The notes below the pieces were generated by a model. That model was not told the origin of the DNA and made no database searches. It was given only the letters and a program-made list of their open reading frames with translations. From Eledone cirrhosa (taxonomy: Eukaryota), in the NCBI GenBank assembly GCA_964016885.1, contig OZ024748.1, forward strand, positions 12,524,001 to 12,588,000: 64,000 bases of DNA, written 5' to 3'. The stretch's first letter is position 1. Each line of letters begins with the position of its first letter. The translations under genes were made by a program, and so were the position numbers. This document shows, one piece after another, positions 51,429 to 64,000 of the stretch.

Positions 51429-53799
51429 ATAGTAGTAGTAGTAGTAGTAATAGTTATATTGCTAATGCTGTTAGGGAAGAAGGCAGTGAGGTAGGTCCTG
51501 GGGAGCTAAATCTATGAATCGGGTTCAATTCCAGGTAAATACCACCACCACCACTACCACTACCACCACCACCACCACTACCACCACCACCACAACCATT
51601 ACCACACCACCACCACAACCATTACCACACCACCACCACCACCACCACGACCATTACCACCACCACCACCACAACCATTACCACCACCACCACCACTACC
51701 ACCACCACCACCACTACCATTACCACCACCACTACCACCACCACCACCACTACCACCACCACCACAACCATTACCACCACCACCACCACTACCACCACAA
51801 CCACCACACCATTACCACCACCAGTACTACCACCAACATCACCACCACCACCACCACCAACAACAACAACACCACGACGACGACGACCACCACCACCACC
51901 ACCACCACAACCACCACCACTACTCCACCGTCACCGTCACCACATCTATCTTCACCAGCAGCCCCACCACCACAACCATCACGACCGCCACCGATACCAC
52001 CAGAATCACTTCCATCAACATCACCACCAGCATCAGTACCACTACCCCCATCACCAGTACACCACCACCACCATCACCATCATGGCTCTTCCTTACCCAC
52101 CCGTAATTGGAGTTACATATGGGTGGTGGAGGAGGTGGTAGTGATAATATATAGAGTTGCTTTATTTACCTCCCTCCCACCTCTTCCCCTCTCCTTCGCA
52201 TTGTTGTTGTTACTGTTGTTGTTGTTGTTGTTGTTACTGTTGTTGTTGTTGTTACTGTTGTTGTTGTTGTTACTGTTGTTGTTGTTGTTTTTATTGTCTT
52301 TCTATCATGTGTGAAGATAAATCACCTTCCACGTGAAAGATGGTCGTATAATGACCATATAGTGAGGGTTATGGTGGTGGCGGTGATGGTGATGGTAATG
52401 GTTGTGGGGGTGTTGGTGGTAGTGGTGGTGGTGGTGGTAATGGTTGTGGTGGTGGTGGTAGTTGTGGTGGTGGTAATAGTTGTGGTGGTAGTGATAGTAA
52501 TGTTGGTGGTGATATTGGTGGTGGTGGTGGTGTTGGTGATGTTGGTGATGTTGGTGGTGGTGGTGGTGGTAATGGTTGTGGGGGTGTTAGTGGTAGTGGT
52601 GGTGGTAATGGTTGTGGTGATGTTGGTGGTAGTTGTGGTGGTGGTGGTAATGGTTGTGGTGGTGGTGATAGTAATGTTGGTAGTGGTGGTGGTGGAGGTA
52701 GTAATGGTGGTGGTGGTGGTGGTGGAGGTAGTAATGGTGGTGGTGGTGTCGATATTGGTGGTGGTTGGTGGTGGTGTTAGTGGTGATGGCGGTTCTTGCG
52801 GTGTTGGTGTTAGTGGTACTGCTGGAGATGGTGTTGTTGGTGTAGCTGTTGTTGGTTTATTGTTGCTGGTGGTGATGGTATTGTTGTTGTTAGGGTTATT
52901 GATAGGGTGATAATGGTAGCAGCGCTAATGGTGGCGGTAGTGGAGGTAGTGGAGTTTGTGTTCCAAGAAACTATTAACTTTTGTTGGAGATGCATGTCCC
53001 ATTGGAACAAACATTCACAAAGGTTTCCGTCCAATATATTTAACTCAGAAGGCTTTGGTGTGGAAATGCGTGGCCTAGTTGTAAGGGGATTGAACTTACG
53101 ATCATAATATCATGAGTTCGTCTACTGGACTGGGATGTGAGTTATGTTCTTGAGCAAAACACTTAATTTCATGTTGTTCCAGTAGACTCAACAGTTTTAC
53201 TGATAGAAACCTCAGTTCTATCATATTATTACAACTCACACCTATACAGCTTTAGCTGGCAACATACAAGGGTGGACATCATAGTAGGTTACTCGAGAGC
53301 TTTACTGACAGAGCCTCAAGTTTTATCATATTGTTGTTACTGCTCACATCTATACAGGTTAAGCTGGCCTCTTACTAGATTGGATATCATTTGAGGTTTC
53401 TCAGGTGTTTTAATAAGAACCTCAGTCCTATGCTGTTACAGCTTACACCCATGCAGGTTTAGCTAACTTTCTAAAGGGTGCATATCAATATAAGTTTCGT
53501 GGGTGCTATAATGATAGGACCCCCCTGTCTTAAGTGTCTTGCTCAAGACCACAACGAACCTACAACCTTATGATCGTGAGTCCACTAGGCCAAGCGCCTT
53601 TATATAACCACACAACAATGCTTACACCCCCATTAACTATAGTAAAGTGAAACACATCTAAACCCATAAGAAAATCTTAGTAGTTTAGTGATAGCAAGGG
53701 TGTCTTGGAAGCAAGGTGTACGTGGATCGATCCCTAGCAGCGGATTCTTGTATTGTTATTTATATTATTATTAGGGTGGTTAAGGTTAGGGTTAGGTAG

Positions 53800-54251
53800 A
53801 AGGTGGTGGATTGGCAATATCGGTTGAGCGTCGGAAAATATGTTTTGCGGCATACAGTTACGACCCTTTACGTTCTGAGTTCAAATCCCGCCGGAGTAAG
53901 CTTTGCCTTTCTTCCTCATTGGGTGAGATAAAATAAAGTACCAGTAATACACTGGTGTCGATTTATTCGACTTTCCCTTCCCCCTAAATTGTTGACCTTC
54001 TGCCTAAATCAGAAACCATTATTTGGATTGGCAGAATCGTCGGTAGAGCGTCAGACAAAATTGATTTGCGGCATACAGTTACGTCCCTTTATGTTCTGAG
54101 TTCAAATCCGGCCGGGGTTAGTTTGGCCTTTCTTTCTGTCCGGGGGTGGGGGTGGGGGGGTCGATAAAATAGAGTACCAGTAATGCATTGGGTCGATTTA
54201 ATCGACTTGCCCCTCCAACCAAATTGCTGGCCTTGAGCCTAAATCAGAAAC

Positions 54252-54290
<39 letters not shown>
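53800..54290 (+). mobile_element. Two tandem family 1 SINEs with an (ATT)n tail
   Basis: Two heads and bodies; tail GAAACC(ATT)n. Confidence 0.8.
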
Positions 54291-54291
<1 letters not shown>

Positions 54292-54650
54292 GTTGTTATT
54301 GCTTTTCTGACGTATAATTGCTGTTTATAAATGTATATCGTTTAATGTGTACAGACACTACCTCAGCCATTAATTTATAATTTATTCATATATATATATA
54401 TATATATATACACGTATATATATATATATATACACACGTATATATATATATATACACGTATATATATATACACACGTATATATATATATACACGTATATA
54501 TATATATATACGTGTATATAAAAGAATCTTGCTAAACAAATTCAGAAACGAAATATATATATATATATAGTATTAAGTATACTATTTATGGTTATGCAAA
54601 TACAAAAACCTTTTGTAGTTATATATATTTTTATATACATATATATATAT

Positions 54651-54689
<39 letters not shown>

Positions 54690-54955
54690 TATATAGAGAG
54701 AGATAGATATATATATATGTTTGTGTGTGTGTATACATGTATATATATGTATATATACATATGTATACATATATATGTACACACACACACATACACACAT
54801 ATATATATGTATGTTTCATCATATAATTACGTAAAAAACATATTAATTACATACTCACATATATGAATGTGAATGTGTCTATATAAATAGTTATATAATT
54901 ATACATATATATATATACCAATATTACATATATATACACATGTATGTATATTATA

Positions 54956-54995
<40 letters not shown>

Positions 54996-55078
54996 AATAC
55001 ACACATATTCGCACAAACGCACATACATATTATTTATATTATATATTATATATTATATTATATTACATTATATTATAT

Positions 55079-55150
<72 letters not shown>

Positions 55151-55554
55151 GTGTATGTGTATGTGTTGTACCTATCTACCTAGCTAGCTATTAAAATAGA
55201 TGTTGTTCGTTAACTTTAATGATGTGTACATGTGACATACTCCAAGGATACCCCGGAGTTACCCGGGGGGTAAAAACCGATCCAGTTCACCATATTTACA
55301 CGAGGAGGAAGTGTGTCGTTTAATCAATGTTATATACACGTGCGTAAGAGTGTGTACCCTAATGTATGTTGAATACACGTGTGTCAGCTGTAAGTCTTCT
55401 ACATCCCATTATATACACACACGTGTCTATACTCACCCTGACGATATTTGAAATTCTCCTTCCCTCTTTCTTTCGCTATTATATTTCTGTTATTATATAT
55501 TTAAACAATTGTGCTTACACGCGTAGTAAATATATATACGAGTGTGTGTGTGTT

Positions 55555-55694
<140 letters not shown>

Positions 55695-55867
55695 CTTATA
55701 CACATACACACACACAGACATATATACATATATACATATATACGTGCATATATAAGTACAAGTCATGAAGACAAACTGACCCAAGTTTGATAAATATATC
55801 TTAAAAAATAAAACTACTGTGTTAATTTTTCCTAGACAGTAATCTTGCGAACAAATATCGTCCGCAC

Positions 55868-55953
<86 letters not shown>

Positions 55954-57354
55954 TATATTTATATATATATATATATATGCTTGCATACATGTAAACACAA
56001 TAAAATTCTTTGCGGTTGTCCCGGTTCCCTGCACACCAAATTCAAATTCAATCAATGTAAACTTTACCTTTTTATTCCTTCAGGGGTCAATAAAATAAAC
56101 TACCAGGCCAGGTCATTGGATTATCCGAATAATTAAATGTTATTGGCAGTACCAAGTTATTTTACTAGTCATGAAGTACCACCTACAAACGATCTTCAAA
56201 TTGTCTGTCTTTCCACACAGATACAATAGTTGAGCCGGCTATAAAGCCAACGAAGACTCAGAATTTCTTTTTTATTATCCGAATAATTAAAACGTTGGAC
56301 AAGATACCTTGTGGTATTTCTTTCTTTTCTTTACGTTCTGAGTTTAAATCCCGCTATGGTCATCATGGTTGATAGACAATCCACTCTCTAGTTTACCCCC
56401 ACCATCTATTTCATGTGTGCCCTTAACGCAGTCTGCCCTGATATCTGGACCGTATCAACTTATTGCCTGACTCCCTAGGCGTTCAGATATTTTGGGGTCC
56501 TCTTGTACTTCAGTTTTTATCGTGGCTCAGTAAAAAGAATTGACAAGCCCTTAGTTCCTGCGAGAACCTTAGATTCAGGCCATCATCTATCTCTTATGTG
56601 CTCTTAGCGCAGTCTGTTCTGTTCATGGACCGTGTTAACTCATAGCGTGACCCCATAGGCTTTCAGATATTTTGAGGGTTCTCTTGTACTTCAGTCTTAA
56701 TCGTGGCTCAGTAAAAAGAATTGACAAACCCTTAGTTCCTGCGAGAAACCTGGTTTCAGATTAATCAGCCTTGCAAATAATAAAATGACTTTGTCTTTTG
56801 CAAGAATTCGAGCCGGCTCTCCATTTTGAGGATACGTTCTTCCTCCTATTCCATCAATCATGGAAGCCCTAATAAGGGTCATAGCCTCTGCCATTACATT
56901 CATGACAAAACAATAAAAGAGAATAAATAAATAAACAAACGGTTATGGTGGTAATATTCTAATTTGGTCTTCAACCCTAGATTTCTATTAAATTGATATT
57001 TTGCTGTAGATGACGATGTAGAAGTTTCTTGAACAACAAAATATGAATATATAAAGGTGACAGTGTCCTTAAACCTATGATTTTGGAGGATCTAGTTAAG
57101 GGGAAATTCGTACGATTTTTGCACGATTTTGCTAATGGATAGACCTCATTGTTGGCGATAACAAAATGATCCTTGTTCAGATGTAATATCAGAAAAATAC
57201 AGTAATTTATTTAAATGATAGTTAAATAAAGGTAAAGAGGAATATTATATCGCAGAAGCCAAAATAATGTTGATGACAACAGAATAAAGATAATATCATT
57301 TGATATTTCGGCCACAAAATGTCCCTAATCAGGAATACTATAACACAATGAAAC

Positions 57355-58210
<856 letters not shown>

Positions 58211-58588
58211 GAGCCAGTGATAACCGCCATGTTTAAACCCAACACTTAACATCCCACCAGTGATGCTCTGTGATAGGATCATATGCAAGATATTTACTTA
58301 AAATCACCTTTCTAATTTTACTGTTATTGTTGTTGTTATTTAGCTGAAGGTCAACCCTGATTCAACTGACTTATCGCCAAAGACATTCCAGACATGGCCA
58401 TCGCGTAAGTTTCTCTGACATTGGGTATCTAAAATTGCGTTATCCACACTGAGGCATCAGTGCATACACACACTTACACACACACTTACACACGTGAATC
58501 TATGTAAACACACACATATCCAAACGCACGCATACATTGAACTCCATAAGGACACTTACATTCAATTGCACACACACACACACACACA

Positions 58589-58620
<32 letters not shown>

Positions 58621-58719
58621 AAATCACATACTCAAACAGACCTTTCCTTTCTCTCTCACACACACACAGACTCACATTTGCACACACTATGAAAAGGATC
58701 CAGAATCTATCTATCCATC

Positions 58720-58758
<39 letters not shown>

Positions 58759-58789
58759 ATCTATCTATCTATCTATCTATCTATCCATC

Positions 58790-58864
<75 letters not shown>

Positions 58865-58912
58865 ATCTATCTATCTATCCATCTTATCTATCTATCTATC
58901 TATCTATCTATC

Positions 58913-58995
<83 letters not shown>

Positions 58996-60459
58996 ACTTT
59001 GTTACATCTTTTTATTTAGTCCTCTTTTCTCTTTCTTTCTCTATATCATCCTCCACCTCTCCAGCCACCTCATCACCACCTCTCCAGCCACCTCATCCTC
59101 CACCTCTCCAGCCACCTTACTCATCCCCCACCCCTCCAGCCACCTCATCCTCTACCCATCCAGCCACCTCATCCCCCACCCCTCCAGCCACCTCATCCTC
59201 CACCCCTCCAGCCACCTCATCCCCCACCCATCCAGCCACCTCATTCCCCACCCATCCAGCCACCTCATCCTCCACCCCTCCAGCCACCTCATCCTCCACC
59301 CCTTTAGCCACCTCATCCCCCACCCCTCTCTCCAGCCGTTATTTAATTACTCCCCCCTCCCCCCACTACCGTTTCTCCTTGTTTCATTTAAACATCATTA
59401 CATGGAACGAAGTGCAATAAATATATTATGAAGTGTTCATTAGAAGAACGAGGAGGAGGAGGAGGGTGGGGGTATAAGGGAGAGGGAGGAATGAGGGAGA
59501 GAGGGAATGAGGGAGAGGAGGAATGAGGGAGAGAGGGAATGAGAGAGAGGGGGGGGAATGATGGAGAGGGGGAGGAGATGCAGAAGAAGAAAACAAAACA
59601 AAAAGCGTAACAAACCATAACAAAGAGCCCTCCGCCCCGACACACACTCCATCCCCGCTCCAACTCCCACTCCCCACCCACTCCCCACCCACTCCCCACC
59701 GACTCCCCACTCTCCCCATCCCACCCAAACTCCATCCCCCCACCCCCACACCCGATCTCCCTCCTCCCACCTATATAATAAACAGACAAGAAAAAAAAAT
59801 GTAAAGGAAGTGATATAAATTAAGATTGGTTTTCAATGATGGCGGCGGTGGCGATGAGAGCAGGGACGGAGTTGGTTGTGTCACAGTACTGGAGGTGGTG
59901 GTGGTGATGGTGATGGAGGTGGTGATGATAGTGGTGGAGGTGGTGGTGGAGGTGGTGTCACTGTGCTGGAGGTGGTGGTGGTGATGATGATGATGGTGGT
60001 GGTGGTGGTGGTGGTAGAGGTGGCGTGTTGCTCTTCAATGGAAGGTTAAAAAACTGTGAAATTCTAATAAAGATTAAACAAAAGGAAGCTGTGTACACTC
60101 GACCCCTTCAATGGCCGCCAGCTGAACAGAAACTACTTCCGGTCTAGGTTATTTATTGACACCCGTCTTACCACTGCAAATAATAGAAATATGATGACAC
60201 ACAAACTTACACACACACACATATATATATACATGCATATAGACGCATACACACTCGCATATAATATGTATACACACTCGCATATAATATGTATACACAT
60301 AAATATGTATACAAACAAATGCAAATGCATATATATGCATAAATCATGCATACACGTACAGTTGCACGGTCACAGTACATTTATACACAAATATACATGC
60401 ATACATACATACACAGATAAACACACATACACACACACATATCTCTCTCTCACCCCCCC

Positions 60460-60496
<37 letters not shown>

Positions 60497-60984
60497 AGTT
60501 CATAAAAGTTCGTTTCCCTACAAGAAAACACAAAAATCGGCGAAGATAGGATTACAACTGAAATATCAGATTTATCACAATAAACCATTCAGACAGGCTA
60601 AATACAATTTAGGTTTGAGGTTTATGAAATCCATGTTTCAAAATATTTGAGTAACAATGTATAACTCATACACCATAAATATTATAATAATACATAAGAC
60701 CAAAACCGTTAATTATATATCATTTTAATTAATTTACGAGCGTTTCATCCATATTTTGAGTAGATAAATAATTAATTATTACTTAATTAATTAAATAAAA
60801 CGTAAAATTGGAATCATCAGAACTATGAAAATGAGGAAAATATAAATCAATTGTTACCTCGTAAATTACATTTTGGATTTCGATCTGGTTAAACACGTTA
60901 ATTATAATACTAAATTGAAAATTATTGGGAGGGGCATTCATTTGAATATGGCAATGAAACGGTTAAAACGGTTATATTTATAAA

Positions 60985-62375
60985 AAAATATTTTCATTCT
61001 AATTTTAATGTAAGAACCTGTGTTAAGTTATTTTCCAAATAACGAGACAATTATTTGAAAACAGGCAGTGTTATTCGTAAGAATTATTGAACTGAAAGGG
61101 TAAACATGTTTATATTTATCTCAAAACTTTTCATCAAAATTTTAATGTAAGAATCTTTGTTAAGTTATGTTCCAAATACCAGCTTAATAACTATACAATT
61201 ATTTGAAGACAATTCGTAAAAAATATTGAACTGGAAAGGTAAAAATGTTTATATTTATTTCAAAACTTCTCATCTTAAGATTATGTAACAACCATTGTTA
61301 AGTTATGTTCCAGACACCAGCTTAATAACGAGACAATTATTTGAAAACAGGCAGTGTTATTCGTAAACAATATTGAACTGAAAAAGTAAAAATGTTTATA
61401 TTTACTAGCAGAAAAACCACCCTTCGGTTGGTTTTCTGCTAGCATGTGTAGTGTGTATATTGATATTATACGCAGGTATATATACATGTAGATATGATAC
61501 ATCAAATAAAATCGTAATTGACAATATAAACAGAAATTGAACGAAAACGTTGTTACACTGTCTTATGTAATCAGTAACGTAATCCATGATATATTTAAAA
61601 AAAGACGATATTATATATAAACTGCATTAGGAGAAAATTAGTGACAGAAAATTAGTATGTTTATTTAAGTGATCGCCACCGGAAGTGTTGACATCACGCA
61701 CTCCCTCTTTCTATATATATATGGTAGTTGAAGTGGTGGTGGCGGCAACGATATACCGGAAGTGCAACTTTGAAAAGAAGTCAATTTTAAATTATTTACT
61801 TTTACGAAATTATTTTTGTTTACGAAATTTAGTAAATAAATTATGTAATATTCATTCATTATTTATTCAAAGTAATCCAACTTATTTTACTAACGGTATA
61901 AAAAAAAAATAAACTGTACGCAGTCCCACAGACCTTCCTTTATTATAGTTTAGATTTAAAAATGTTTCATCATAAGATTATATAAGAACCTTTGTTAAGT
62001 TATGTTCCAGACACCACCTTAATAACAAGACAATTTGTTAAGTTACTAATTTTCTTAAATTCTGTTCAAAATTATTTGAAAACAGGCAGTTTTATTCCTA
62101 AAAAAATATCGAACTGAAAGTGTAAAAATGTTTATATTTATTTTAAAACTGTTCATCATAAGATTATGTAACAACCTTTGTTAAGTTATGTTCCACACAG
62201 CAGCTTAATAACAAGACAATTATTTGAAAACAGGTAGTGTTATTCCTAAAAAATATTGAACTGAAAAGGTAAAAATGTTTATATTTATTTCAAAACTTTT
62301 CATCATAAGTTTATGTAACAACCTTTGTTAAGTTATGTTCCAGACATGAGCTTGATAATGAGAAAGTTTGTTATG
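60985..62375. repeat. AT-rich satellite-like tandem repeat (unit about 130 bp)
   Basis: Recurrent TTGTTAAGTTATGTTCCA...TTATTTGAAAACAGGCAGTG...TTGAACTGAAA; interrupted by the HINE-like element. Confidence 0.85.
61403..61955 (+). mobile_element. HINE/Helentron-like element inserted in an AT-rich satellite
   Basis: ACTAGCAGAAAAACC...GGTTTTCTGCTAG 5' hairpin and TTTATTATAGTTTAGAT end; inserted in a T-run with no evident TSD. Confidence 0.65.
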
Positions 62376-63450
62376 TTTTTAAATCCCTCCAAATCTCTCA
62401 TCTCACTTCCCCTCCCCCTTTTACTCTTCCACGTACTCCTCTCTCTCTCTTCACACTCACCCTCCCTTTATCTCCTTCCCCTTACTCCCCCCACTCTCTC
62501 CTCTCACTGTCCCCTCCCCCGTTCCCCTCTCTTCTTCCCCCTATCTCCTATCTCTCAACAACAATACAACAATACAACAACAATACAAACAGCAACACTG
62601 ACCAAAAGGGAACCACAGCTGTGTGACGTCAGCAACACACATGACACGTGACCGTGTCATTTGTTTATTTATTTATCTATCTATCTAGCCAAAGTGTGAG
62701 TAGTAGTAAGAGGGAGTAGGAGGATGAGGAGGAAGGGTTTTAGATGGAGGTGTTGATGATGATGATAATGATAATGGTGATGGTGGTGGCTATCGTGGTG
62801 GTTGTGGTGGTGGCTGTGATGCTGATGGTGGTGATGGTGGTGAGGTGGTAGTGGCTATCGTGGTGGTTGTGGTTTGTGTGGTGGTTGTGGTGGTGGTTGT
62901 GGTGGTGGTGATAGTGGTGGTGGTGGTGGTGATAGTGGTGGTGGTGGTGGTGATGGTGGTTGTGGTGGTGGTGATAGTGGTTGTGGTGGTGGTTGTGGTG
63001 GTGGTGATAGTGGTTGTGGTGGTGGTGATGGTGGTTGTGGTGGTGGTGATAGTGGTGGTGGTGATGGTGGTGATGGTGGTGGTGGAAAGAAGAAGGAGGA
63101 GATAGATACATCACATGGTGTAACATCTGAGACAAGGGCGAGTGGGTGAGTGTGTATGTAAGTGTGTCTATGTATGTATGTATGTATGTATGTATGTATG
63201 TATGTATGTATGTATGTATGTGTGTATGTATGTATGTATGTATGTATGTATGTATGTATGTATGAATGTGTGTGTGTGTGTGTCACTGTGATAAACCGCT
63301 GCCCCAACACACCAAAGTTATGACCCTTCCCCCAAAAGCCAGCCTCATCATCACTAACTATTCCCAACATCACCAACACATCATCCCTCTCTCTCTCTCC
63401 ACTCCATATCTATCTATCTATCTATCTAGCTATCTATCTGTCTATCTATT

Positions 63451-63523
<73 letters not shown>

Positions 63524-63904
63524 ATCTATCTATTTGTTTATCTGCCTGTTTGTCTCTTTCTCGCCCTCTATTCCTCTCTATCATTATCTACCCCCCCTCT
63601 CTATATGTATATATACTTACTTACATACATATCTATTCATTTCCAAGTCTGTCTGTTTGTCTACTCACCTCTCTCTACCACATCTGATAAGGTGAACAAC
63701 TCAGCAGTTCCTACTCAACCCCCACCCCCACAAACCTCACCATCACCACTGCCACCAATAAGTCCCCCACTCCCAATCCACACCATCACCGCCATCACTA
63801 TCATCACCACCGCCACCTCCAGCGCCATCACAACTAGAGAATGACACATAGACCAACCACAGCTATTAAAATGTCCGCTTTAAATTTGAAGGACCCTTTT
63901 TCTG

Positions 63905-63996
63905 CTGTCCAATGAGCCTTTTACTTTGCATAACACACGTGACCGGAAGTTCTAGCAGTAAGCTGACACTCCACCTTTCTGACGTGACACGTGTGC
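63905..63996. promoter_or_regulatory. Candidate promoter cluster at the window edge (CCAAT, E-box/ETS composite, CRE half-site, E-box)
   Basis: CCAAT at 63909, CACGTGACCGGAAGT at 63936-63950 and TGACGTGACACGTG near 63980. Confidence 0.45.
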
Positions 63997-64000
63997 CGCT

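Noticed and set aside
56395-56750. Direct duplication of about 178 bp resembling LTRs
   Set aside because: The copies are adjacent, with no internal region, PBS/PPT or TSD; it is a simple tandem duplication.

Overview
Animal genomic DNA that is AT-rich and saturated with microsatellites. The SINE and microsatellite landscape looks cephalopod (octopus-like), but that is an inference. Two convergent spliced genes can be rebuilt from GT-AG sites with matching phases. (1) A + strand doublecortin-like kinase, DCLK3 type, with 6 coding exons at 8426-35519 (about 1023 aa; two DCX domains, a low-complexity linker and an intact CAMK-family kinase domain). (2) A - strand NUDT19 (peroxisomal acyl-CoA diphosphatase) with 3 exons at 43451-38614 (411 aa, ending in the PTS1 signal SHL). 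The rest is tRNA-derived SINEs, LINE remnants (RTE-type and R4/Dong-type), HINE/Helentron-like elements, small MITEs and minisatellites. Most ORF-track entries are microsatellite artefacts. The most striking unexplained signal is a set of several unrelated small non-coding element families inserted in (TA)n tracts. They occur as asymmetric fold-backs or precise inversions with fixed end points, and several carry minimal type-I hammerhead ribozyme motifs, one with a helix II insert of about 115 nt. This looks like non-autonomous Penelope-like retroelements integrating by priming from both target strands. A second candidate is a CRE-associated, phase-compatible alternative first exon for the kinase inside intron 1.
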